Assembly (NCBI GenBank): GCA_027492035.1
Contig: JAOZFT010000032.1
Span: 7,170-71,169 of the forward strand
Origin: Thermoproteota archaeon
GTDB lineage: Archaea; Korarchaeota; JAOZGF01; JAOZFZ01
Direction: 5' to 3'
Length of the DNA stretch: 64,000 nucleotides
Shown: piece after piece, positions 56,124 to 64,000 of the stretch
Numbering within the stretch: position 1 is the stretch's first letter
How the letters are laid out: each line of letters starts with the position of its first letter
The notes under the pieces: model-generated
What the model was told of the DNA's origin: nothing
Seen by the model: the letters and a program-made list of their open reading frames with translations, nothing else
Database searches by the model: none
Program-made: the position numbers and the translations under genes

Positions 56124-57980
56124 TCAGGTCTGTTTTTCTAGTTCTTTCTTAAGGAAACTTAAAATTATTTCTTCATTGTTCTCGGTTCCCACAAAAATTG
56201 GTATGTTTTTTCTTTTTGTTGCGGTATGGGAAATAAAAATCCACTCCCCTGGCTCCAGCTGAGAAGTTTTTTCAAGTATTTCTGGGCTAACTCCAGCTGC
56301 TTCTGCTACAACATGCCTATCATAGCTCCTAGGTAATGTTCCGGTAAAGTATGAATGAATCTGTTGGATAGCGTTTACGTTTAAATGGGCTACTCTTTGT
56401 GTAGCAACCCAGCAGTGTAAACGATACTTTCTTCCTTGCCTTAACAGTCTTTCCACTGCCTCATTTGATTGCCAAGTATAATCCTCCCTCCTCACCCTGT
56501 CAGGTATGAATTCCTGGGCTTCATCTATGACAACCAGTACTCTAGATCCTCTGCTAGTGTATTTTCTCAGCTTGAAAAGATTGCTTATTAACTTCTCAGT
56601 TAAAATTCTTGTTTTTAAAGGGTCAGGAGTATAAAGTATAAACAGTCTGCACTTTTCTTCCTCTACAGTTTTTATAGCTTCTAAAGCTATTTTTTCAGGG
56701 GTGTATTCTACTTCCTTAACTTTAGCAGATTCTGACGAGGTTGAATCTATAACCCTTACTACTTCTTCAATTACGTTAATTACTTTGTAAACTCTTTTCT
56801 TCTCTAGATCCGCTGCTTCTTCCTTAAGTACTTTCTTTATTTCATCTATTGCTTGAGATTTTTCCTTAAATACTTCACTTAATTCCTTGCTTGGATTTAT
56901 TCCTTCCTTTTCAAGTATGTTTTTCAGTTTTCCATAGATTTCTCTTGACCTAAACTTTGTTACTGGATGTAGATCATTAAACAAGCTTTCAAATGACTCA
57001 AGTACTTCTTTGAAACTCAACTTTTTACTTGTTAAATCTAAACGTTTTACTTTACTTTCTTTGAAAAGTTTTGTAACTTGATAAGCTATTTTCTGATAAA
57101 CCTCTTCTTCATTTTTTCCCAATTTTTCTAAAAAAGTTTCTGGTATAGCTTGTGAGGCAATGAAAGCACCAATAGGGTTTTCAGTCCCGAAATAATTCTC
57201 TGTTGAAAGAATTATTCCCTCCTCCAAAACCTTGTCCAGTAAGTTGAGGGAGTACTCGCCAGGTATGTCGATTACTATAACCTTTAAATCATCTAAGTTG
57301 TCCATCAACCTCCTTACCAGTAAAGATGTTAAATTGGATTTACCGGCTCCTGTAAAACCGAAAACTCCTACGTGGTGGCTTATAAGTTTAACAGGGTCAA
57401 CCTTTAAAGGGTGGTTAAACCCTGCCATGACCCCTATACTCATTCCGTTTTCGAAATTCACCAATTTATTAACAGCTTTAGTTGAAAGCAAAAAGGTTTC
57501 TGCCCCTACAAGAGGCATCATGGTTTCATCTCTGACGAAATCAACTCCTTTATTCCTTAAATCCATTAAGTAACCAGTGTAAACTGCATGTATATCTATC
57601 CATGTATCCTCTGTCTCACCCCACATTCTATATATTTTCTCTAGGAAATCAAGCCTTATTGGTTTAGGTAGAGAAATATCCATGGAAAGCTGTTGGTAAT
57701 GCATAGGGTTTGTGCTTACAACTTCATAAATTAAATATTTTTCTCTTTCCTTCATAGGCCTTTTTAAAGCTAAAAAACAAGGTTTCCTCAATCTGTCTAA
57801 AACTTCTAAGTTAAAAGAAGCCTCAAATGTTCCAACTATACTTTTTAAGGTGATTCTTCCTTCCTCTATAGAAGTCACTTTTATGTGGGTGCTTCTAAGT
57901 CTAGCTTTAAATTTTCCGTTTAAATCGTCAAGAAAGGGATTCCCTTCTTCTGAATTTTTCTCTTGCATGTTCAGCTTCAC
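56124..57980 (-). CDS. HerA/DUF87-family hexameric ATPase (HerA-like)
   Basis: Walker A GFTGAGKSN (about 57337-57360), Walker B VLVVIDEAQEF, and a sensor WVATQRV (TQR). An N-terminal region of about 200 aa precedes the ATPase core; 618 aa. Confidence 0.7.
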   Translation of the reverse strand: MKLNMQEKNSEEGNPFLDDLNGKFKARLRSTHIKVTSIEEGRITLKSIVGTFEASFNLEVLDRLRKPCFLALKRPMKEREKYLIYEVVSTNPMHYQQLSMDISLPKPIRLDFLEKIYRMWGETEDTWIDIHAVYTGYLMDLRNKGVDFVRDETMMPLVGAETFLLSTKAVNKLVNFENGMSIGVMAGFNHPLKVDPVKLISHHVGVFGFTGAGKSNLTSLLVRRLMDNLDDLKVIVIDIPGEYSLNLLDKVLEEGIILSTENYFGTENPIGAFIASQAIPETFLEKLGKNEEEVYQKIAYQVTKLFKESKVKRLDLTSKKLSFKEVLESFESLFNDLHPVTKFRSREIYGKLKNILEKEGINPSKELSEVFKEKSQAIDEIKKVLKEEAADLEKKRVYKVINVIEEVVRVIDSTSSESAKVKEVEYTPEKIALEAIKTVEEEKCRLFILYTPDPLKTRILTEKLISNLFKLRKYTSRGSRVLVVIDEAQEFIPDRVRREDYTWQSNEAVERLLRQGRKYRLHCWVATQRVAHLNVNAIQQIHSYFTGTLPRSYDRHVVAEAAGVSPEILEKTSQLEPGEWIFISHTATKRKNIPIFVGTENNEEIILSFLKKELEKQT

Positions 57981-59748
57981 TCCTTATATCCCTAAATCTT
58001 CTTGAAATGAAAAATGCCTTGTTTTTAGAGGCTACTTTGCTAATCTCTAAATCAGCAACTCCCTTAATTGCGAACCCAGCTTGTTTAGCTAATGCTTTAA
58101 CATATTTATCAGCTAGAAACAGGAGGTGATTATGCCCAGACTCCTCTATAACGTTTGGGTTGTCTGTACAGCTTAAAATATACAGAACAATATCTCCCAC
58201 TCTACTCGTAGTTTCTTGTTCAAAAAAGGGCTCCAACACTGCTTCGCCACTAAATTCCCTAACTTCAATTTTTTTGACTAGTTTCTCATCCCATGAGGGA
58301 TAGTAGGGTCTGTCATAAACAAAAACAGGGCTTCTAAGAGAAACATCCTTCGCTGCACATCTTAATTGAAAATATCCTTTAATGAACCTTTTCTCTTGAA
58401 GAATAACCTTCCTTGCAGCTTTTAAAGCGCAATTATTTCTTTCACTTTTTACCGTGGTTGTTAACGAAGAGTCATATTCGATGGTTCTCCAAGGGACAGG
58501 TATTTCAAAATAATTTAAAGCGCTTAGAATGGATAGAAGAGCTTTGTCACTTTTAAATGTTGGGAGAGCCTCCTTACTTGGTTTTGGTTCACTTAAAAAT
58601 TGGAAGGTTGGGATAACTGACCTAACCATGTCAGTTGCAGTTGTGTCCTTAGCTATGCCAATAACTAATTTGCTTTTTTCTTTAGCTTCGTTCATTAAGA
58701 AATGCAGAGTTAACATGTTAATCGTGTTTATGTCAAGGGTTGTAACCCATTTTTCCTCTTTACCTTTCCAAAGGAGAGGATGCCCATCTCTTCCATTGAA
58801 AATTTTATTTCTTATTTTTTCTGAAGCTTCCCAAACTCTTTCCCAATAGAAACAAGTGTTTTCTGCAACAGTTACCTCACCTTCCTCTATTTCTTCAAGA
58901 AGTAAGCCGTTATGTTTTTCGTTTAATCTCTGGAGTTTATCAAGATAAAACTTAACCTTTTCTTTAGGAAGGTTTAACGCGGTAGGTAAATCATCTATTC
59001 TTATTCTCTTCCTCCTATTTTTTATCAGGAAATTAATCAGTGCATAGACCCCGTAAACCCCTCTAAAAGGTAAAAACTCTTTTCCAGGACCAAGGTACCC
59101 AGCTAACTGTAAATCAAGCATTGAAGGCTTCCCTTTACTCGTGTCAATGCTAGTAATTACAGACTTCCCTTTCTTAATAAGTAACCTGAAATCTCTACTT
59201 GTTGGCCCATATGTTCCTGAAAGCGTCCGGTCGAGAAAAATAACCTTAACATCATTCTCTTTTAAAGCTTTAGTTGCAAGTGTAAGTTCTGAAAGGGTCA
59301 TCAATGCGGAAGGAACACTTTCAATTGATTTTTTAATTTCATAATCTGTAGAACCGCCTATTGATTCAAGGGCTATATCGGGTAAATCTTCAAGCCAAAG
59401 AGGCACAGCAGTTGAGAGGTAAATAGGTTCACTTCTTTCAGCTTTGGAGACATCAATTGAGACCTTTTTTTCATCGATGTTCATCTCTCCATAATAGGCT
59501 GCGGCGCAGATGTAAAAGAGAAGCATTTCAAGCCTTTCCTCTTGTGTCTGTGAACCATCTATTCCTACCAACTTATATCTTCCTTTCCCAAAAAATTTTT
59601 TAACATATTTTTCAGCTTCACTCTTATCCAGGGAATGAATTATTTTGATTAACTTCTTTTGTTTAGCTAAGTTAGAGACTCTCCTTCTAAATAAATCAAT
59701 TAAATCCGTTGTTCCCACATATATTTGGTCTATCCCCAAAAAAGACAT
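57928..59748 (-). CDS. NurA-like nuclease domain protein with a C-terminal extension
   Basis: GIDGS motif at 59551-59565, plus later VIFLDRTLSG and VIGIAKDTTATD segments resembling NurA catalytic motifs. 606 aa; overlaps the herA-like start by 53 nt. Confidence 0.5.
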   Translation of the reverse strand: MSFLGIDQIYVGTTDLIDLFRRRVSNLAKQKKLIKIIHSLDKSEAEKYVKKFFGKGRYKLVGIDGSQTQEERLEMLLFYICAAAYYGEMNIDEKKVSIDVSKAERSEPIYLSTAVPLWLEDLPDIALESIGGSTDYEIKKSIESVPSALMTLSELTLATKALKENDVKVIFLDRTLSGTYGPTSRDFRLLIKKGKSVITSIDTSKGKPSMLDLQLAGYLGPGKEFLPFRGVYGVYALINFLIKNRRKRIRIDDLPTALNLPKEKVKFYLDKLQRLNEKHNGLLLEEIEEGEVTVAENTCFYWERVWEASEKIRNKIFNGRDGHPLLWKGKEEKWVTTLDINTINMLTLHFLMNEAKEKSKLVIGIAKDTTATDMVRSVIPTFQFLSEPKPSKEALPTFKSDKALLSILSALNYFEIPVPWRTIEYDSSLTTTVKSERNNCALKAARKVILQEKRFIKGYFQLRCAAKDVSLRSPVFVYDRPYYPSWDEKLVKKIEVREFSGEAVLEPFFEQETTSRVGDIVLYILSCTDNPNVIEESGHNHLLFLADKYVKALAKQAGFAIKGVADLEISKVASKNKAFFISRRFRDIRSEAEHAREKFRRRESLS

Positions 59749-59977
59749 TTTCTAGCCTCTTTTTCGTAAGTGTTAAAAGATTTAGGTTCATAAAGTAATC
59801 TTATTTTATACGTGGGCTCCAATTAACTTTATAAAGGAATCTTTTCAAAGGTTTAAATCAATCCCCCCTTACGTAAATTTTTAAATGAAAAACCTTTGGA
59901 GTTTAAAGGTTTTTTATTCTTGATATCTCCTTAATTTCCTGTTTTGTCAAGTAAGAGATGTTTAGGTTGGTCTTGAA

Positions 59978-60961
59978 ATGGGAAAATTGAATGCTTTCTT
60001 CCAACTTTCTAAACCGAAGGTTTCGCTTGCTTTTTATTTCCTTTACTTTCTGTCTTTCTTGGCTTCCTCCTCCCTTTACTTCAAGGAAAATTCACTTTAT
60101 TTATTCACCTTAGGAAGCTTAGCTCTTTTTGCTTCCATATCAGGAAGTAATATAATAAACAATTATTATGACAGGGACATAGACTCCTTAATGTTCAGAA
60201 CCAAAAGGAGACCGTTGCCTCTGGGTTTGGTTTCGCCTAGTCAGGCTTTAAGTTCAGGCTTGTTGCTTCTAGGTTTTTCATTTATTTTATCATTTTTTCT
60301 TGGTTCATTCTCTTTCCTCCTCCTTATAATCGGCACCTCCTTTTATTTGCTTTTATACACTGTCTATTTTAAGAGAAAGAGTTTCCTTAACGTTTTATTA
60401 ACAATTCCTTCTGTCGCTTCCCCTGTTTGGTTTGGTTGGTTTATAGGGTCCGGTAATTTAGGTTTAGAAGGTTTCTTAACAGGTTTAACAGTTTCATTCT
60501 GGGGTGTAACTCATCTATGGTCCCTATCCCTCGTTTATAGTAGAGATTATGAAAGAGCCGACGTGCCTATGTTAACTGCTACGGTAAGCAGGAAAAAGGC
60601 GGTGTGGCATGTGTTAATCTCTTCCCTTTCCTTGATTCTTTACACCTTTTCGCTGTATCTACTAGGTTTTTATGGATCTGTTTTTCTTTCAGGGATTGTT
60701 GTACCTAACTTTCTGCTTTTCTTTTTAAATTTGAAAGCATTGAAAAACAACCCCACACGATATAGTTGGTGGATATATAAGTTCTCAACCTTTTACATTT
60801 TAGAGTTTTTACTTTCAACTGTGTTTGACCGATCTTTCCCAGTCTCTCTCCAAACCTTAATGACTTGTTCTGCAGTGAACCTTTTGATTTCATTAATGCC
60901 TCTGTTTTTTATCTTTAGAAGCGCGAAAAAAGCACTCTTCTTTTTTCATGAAGTAGTTTAA
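59978..60961 (+). CDS. UbiA-family prenyltransferase (possibly heme O synthase-like)
   Basis: First Asp-rich motif NNYYDRDID and second RDYERADVPMLTATV, with 8-9 TM helices; 327 aa. Confidence 0.65.
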   Translation: MGKLNAFFQLSKPKVSLAFYFLYFLSFLASSSLYFKENSLYLFTLGSLALFASISGSNIINNYYDRDIDSLMFRTKRRPLPLGLVSPSQALSSGLLLLGFSFILSFFLGSFSFLLLIIGTSFYLLLYTVYFKRKSFLNVLLTIPSVASPVWFGWFIGSGNLGLEGFLTGLTVSFWGVTHLWSLSLVYSRDYERADVPMLTATVSRKKAVWHVLISSLSLILYTFSLYLLGFYGSVFLSGIVVPNFLLFFLNLKALKNNPTRYSWWIYKFSTFYILEFLLSTVFDRSFPVSLQTLMTCSAVNLLISLMPLFFIFRSAKKALFFFHEVV

Positions 60962-60969
60962 ACATTAAT

Positions 60970-61668
60970 TTACTGTTTCTCTTTTTTCCCAATTAGTGGA
61001 AGGATTTCCTTCACTATATAATTTATAAACTGTTCCTGTGTAATTTTCGTAAAAACTGTAACGATCCCGTTCCGAGTTAACCCCACCACTAAATTGTTTG
61101 GTTTATCTTCAAAAACTACATACCAAATTTTCCCATGCTTTAAGTATTCCATATAAAGAGAACAGTCTGCTAAGCTTGGTCCGTAAAGGGATAATTTATT
61201 CACGTTCGGAATGTCCACTTCATCAAAAAATATAACTTTAGTAGATTCAGGGTTACTTTCATGTATTGTTTTTAAGGTGTTGTGAGGTATCTTTGCTTCA
61301 ACTAATCCTCCTGTTGGAACAAGCAAGATTTCCCTTATTTGATTAGCTACATTGTTTGCTTTTAGTTTCTTCTCCAAAACAATAAGGAAAATCTTTCTCC
61401 CTTCTTCAATCATTAAAAAAGGAGTTTGTTTTGTAACGGGTACGTTCCGTTTTTCTCCTTTAAAGCTTAAAGTTATTAAGTAATCGTAGGAGAAAATTCC
61501 CCTTAAAAAATTTTTTTGCAAAACCAATTCTTTTATTTCCTTAACCAAATCTATTTTCTCTTGATTTGTTTCTGTTTCTTCTACTTTCTTGAAGTTCTTA
61601 AGTTTCTGAGCTGCAACTTTTAAAGTTAAATCTGTTTCTATAGTGAAAATTTTAGCGGCTGAAACCAT
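60970..61668 (-). CDS. Hypothetical protein (232 aa)
   Basis: Long ORF with coding-like composition and a 4-nt gap to the upstream ORF. No recognisable motifs. Confidence 0.45.
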   Translation of the reverse strand: MVSAAKIFTIETDLTLKVAAQKLKNFKKVEETETNQEKIDLVKEIKELVLQKNFLRGIFSYDYLITLSFKGEKRNVPVTKQTPFLMIEEGRKIFLIVLEKKLKANNVANQIREILLVPTGGLVEAKIPHNTLKTIHESNPESTKVIFFDEVDIPNVNKLSLYGPSLADCSLYMEYLKHGKIWYVVFEDKPNNLVVGLTRNGIVTVFTKITQEQFINYIVKEILPLIGKKEKQ

Positions 61669-61672
61669 TCCT

Positions 61673-62512
61673 TTACTCTGCCTCTTCCTCCTTTACTTCT
61701 GACAAGAAATCCTTAATTTTTTTAACTTTTTCTTCCAGTTTTATTTTTTCGTAAATTTTCAATTCTCTACCTATCTCCTTCAGTGTTTCTTTTTTTATCT
61801 TTTCAGGAGCCTTTGAAAAAATTTCTTTCGCCTTTTCCTTCTTTCCTTTGAAAACTAAATCAAGAACATATTCATACAATCTCTTAGTGTAAATTGTTTC
61901 ATTACTCATGTAAATTACGTAACCAGCGTCATAATCTATTTCAACCTGTGTTATTTCTTCCTTTAATTCATCAATTCTAAGCATTGCCTTAAATGCCTCA
62001 TTGCTTAGAATTTCTGAGTAACTATACGCACTTATTACTTTGTCCAGTTTCTGTGCAGCTTTTTCCCCCATTGAATAAATTTCTTTTAAGTCTTCCCTTG
62101 TTAAGGGTACGTTAAATTTCCTGTCTTCAATTGTTAGATACCCCTCTAACCCTTTAACTTTGTCTGTGGGAAGTTTTAAACCTAGGAATCCATCGTAAAT
62201 GTAAACAGGTACAACTTCTTCTTTTCCATTTTGAAAAACTATTTTTACACATTCGTTCCAGAGTTTAGCACTTGTTTCTCCCAGAATCAGGTGCCTTCCA
62301 CCCTCTAAACCTGCTACTTGGAATTTGAAAGCCAGTTTCTTAGCTATTCCCCCCACAAACCCAAGCACTTCCGCTACAAAAAACTTAATCCATCCTTCAC
62401 TTGTTTTAACTTCAATCTCCATTGAACCTATAGGTTTAAAACCTATGGAGAGAAGGAAATCCAAAAATTTATTTTTCTCCATTTTCCTTGTTTCAATCCC
62501 TACCCAAGGCAA
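61673..62512 (-). CDS. Hypothetical protein (279 aa) with a Lys/Glu-rich C-terminus
   Basis: Long ORF, probably co-transcribed with 60970-61668. No recognisable motifs. Confidence 0.45.
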   Translation of the reverse strand: MPWVGIETRKMEKNKFLDFLLSIGFKPIGSMEIEVKTSEGWIKFFVAEVLGFVGGIAKKLAFKFQVAGLEGGRHLILGETSAKLWNECVKIVFQNGKEEVVPVYIYDGFLGLKLPTDKVKGLEGYLTIEDRKFNVPLTREDLKEIYSMGEKAAQKLDKVISAYSYSEILSNEAFKAMLRIDELKEEITQVEIDYDAGYVIYMSNETIYTKRLYEYVLDLVFKGKKEKAKEIFSKAPEKIKKETLKEIGRELKIYEKIKLEEKVKKIKDFLSEVKEEEAE

Positions 62513-62736
62513 CTTTAAACCTCTTTTTCCTGTTTATAAACTTTAAGAAATTCTTGGTTATTTTAAAAAGTTAATTTTTATCATCTCCTCCAAAATTTTT
62601 AAATAAAATATGTTAAAACACTTTCTATTCCCCTCTAAACTTTTCCGATGTGAATTCCTTAAGAGAAAAAACTTATATTTTCTTTTAGAAGGTCTAAAAA
62701 TAAAAAGATTTCAGTTTACATGTGGTGTTGCTGAGA

Positions 62737-63825
62737 ATGGATGTAGAAAAGAGAATGCAACTAATTAAAGGAGTAGCAGAAGAAATTGTTACTGAGAAAG
62801 AGTTAAAGGAACTTTTAGAGAAGAAAAAGCACCCTGTTGCATATGACGGTTTTGAACCTTCCGGTGTAGCTCATTTACCCTTTGGTGTTTTGAGGCCTCT
62901 TCTCTTAAAGGATTTACTGGCTGCAGGTATACATTTCAAGCTTTTACTTGCTGATTGGCATGCATGGATCAACAACAAAATGGGAGGAGACCTAGAAAAA
63001 ATAAGAACTGTTGGTGAATACTTCGTTGAAGTGTGGAAAATAGCAGGTGTAGATTTCAACAAAGTTGAAGTTATATGGGCCAGTGACCTTGTTTCAAAAC
63101 CTGACTACTGGAAAACCGTTATTTTAGTTGCTAAACAGACAACTTTAAACAGGGCCCTTAGGTGTTTAACAATAATGGGAAGGAAAGCTCAGGAACTAAA
63201 GGAAACAGCTCAACTTTTTTACCCCATGATGCAATGTGCAGACATTTTCCATTTAAGCGCTGACATGACACAGTTAGGACTCGACCAAAGAAGAGTAAAT
63301 ATTTTAGCTAGGGAAGTAGGGCCAAAAATAGGTTACTGGAAACCTGTAATTGTCAGCCATCATATGCTCCTTGGTCTACAGGGTAGAAAGGAACCAGGAG
63401 GATACGATGAAAAACCTGAAATAGACATAGCTATTTCTTCAAAAATGAGTAAAAGCAAGCCCTCCACAAACATTACTGTTCATGATTCTCAGGAGGAGAT
63501 ACGTCGAAAAATTAGGTTAGCTTACTGTCCACCTAAACAGGCGGAATGGAACCCTCTACTTGACTACGCTAAACACATAATATTCCGAGCCTTTAAGGAA
63601 ATGAAAATTGAAAGACCTATTAAGTATGGTGGTGAAGTAATGTTTAACAATTATGAAGAACTTGAGAGGGAATATGTTACAGGGCGTCTTCACCCTTTAG
63701 ACCTTAAAGAAGCCATTGCTTCATACTTGGATAAATTAATTAAACCAATAAGGGAGCATTTTGAAAGAAATAGTCATGCAAGGGAACTTTACAGACTGGT
63801 TAAGACACAAGAAGTAGAAACTTAG
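62737..63825 (+). CDS. tyrS: Tyrosyl-tRNA synthetase (archaeal type)
   Basis: HIGH-class motif PSGVAHLPFG and KMSKS. It lacks the bacterial C-terminal S4 domain. I chose the ATG at 62737 rather than the GTG at 62722. Confidence 0.85.
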   Translation: MDVEKRMQLIKGVAEEIVTEKELKELLEKKKHPVAYDGFEPSGVAHLPFGVLRPLLLKDLLAAGIHFKLLLADWHAWINNKMGGDLEKIRTVGEYFVEVWKIAGVDFNKVEVIWASDLVSKPDYWKTVILVAKQTTLNRALRCLTIMGRKAQELKETAQLFYPMMQCADIFHLSADMTQLGLDQRRVNILAREVGPKIGYWKPVIVSHHMLLGLQGRKEPGGYDEKPEIDIAISSKMSKSKPSTNITVHDSQEEIRRKIRLAYCPPKQAEWNPLLDYAKHIIFRAFKEMKIERPIKYGGEVMFNNYEELEREYVTGRLHPLDLKEAIASYLDKLIKPIREHFERNSHARELYRLVKTQEVET

Positions 63826-63847
63826 ACAGCATAAATTACCCCAATTT

Positions 63848-64000
63848 TCAAACAGGGCTTATGGAAACTTTCTCGATTTTAATTTTTACTTTCTCCCCCA
63901 CTGTCGGCCTCCCTATTTTTTCGTAGTCCTTCATGTTCAACACTAAATTTATTGAAATAAATGTGCCGACAGTTACTGGAACCATCCCTAGTTCCTTCAT
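63848..64000 (-). CDS. Small hypothetical ORF (about 50 aa), start at or beyond the window edge
   Basis: Minus-strand ORF MKELGMVPVTVGTF...KVKIKIEKVSISPV running from the ATG at 64000 to a stop at 63848. It may be longer upstream. Confidence 0.25.
   Translation of the reverse strand: MKELGMVPVTVGTFISINLVLNMKDYEKIGRPTVGEKVKIKIEKVSISPV

Noticed and set aside
1-64000. CRISPR arrays, rRNA and tRNA genes
   Set aside because: I scanned the larger intergenic gaps (9281-9441, 13177-13710, 18020-18299, 21423-21829, 39073-39474, 50310-50941, 55286-55577, 62513-62721) by eye. I found no direct-repeat/spacer periodicity, no cloverleaf-compatible GC-rich 70-90-nt segments, and no rRNA-like conserved blocks. 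A tRNAscan/Infernal run would be the definitive check.

Overview
This is an archaeal-looking chromosomal window (AT-rich, archaeal-type TyrRS, 11-subunit nuo operon without nuoEFG, Thr/Pro-linker lipoprotein), densely coding on both strands. From start to end it holds: (1) a complete nuoABCD-HIJKLMN NADH:quinone oxidoreductase operon on the minus strand (nuoN truncated at the window edge, nuoJ apparently split). (2) An ArsA/Get3-family ATPase, an HdrDE/DsrMK-like membrane Fe-S oxidoreductase pair, and a GcvH-like lipoyl carrier. (3) An ECF-type transporter (S, T, A, A') with a nucleoside hydrolase gene inserted between T and A. (4) A B12-dependent acyl-CoA mutase toolkit: B12-binding subunit, MeaB, two paralogous mutase large subunits showing patchy perfect nucleotide identity, CobO adenosyltransferase, methylmalonyl-CoA epimerase, and a thiolase plus DUF35 pair. 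(5) A cluster that combines a xanthine-dehydrogenase-family molybdenum hydroxylase (L/M/S subunits plus CoxG) with FdrA-like, DUF1116-like and DUF2877-like proteins, carbamate kinase, a two-subunit CoA-transferase, a GNAT enzyme and a BMP-family (nucleoside-type) ABC transporter. I propose this as a candidate N-heterocycle/ureide catabolic module that yields ATP through carbamate kinase. (6) Two large secreted proteins, one carrying PKD domains, that share a conserved Cys-containing CFIATAT-LRKFR module plus a multi-TM tail. Between them lie an MBL-fold protein, a MoaD-like protein ending in GGG, an acyl-CoA dehydrogenase, Ogt, a DedA-like protein, HtpX and a possible glutamine-synthetase remnant. 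(7) A stand-alone overlapping NurA-like nuclease / HerA-like ATPase pair with atypical extensions and no mre11-rad50 in view, flanked by uncharacterized genes. This is my lead candidate for a new defence or DNA-processing system. (8) A UbiA-family prenyltransferase and TyrRS. I found no rRNA or tRNA genes and no CRISPR array. ORF starts in the supplied track include TTG/GTG codons, so several true starts are probably downstream of the longest-ORF coordinates.
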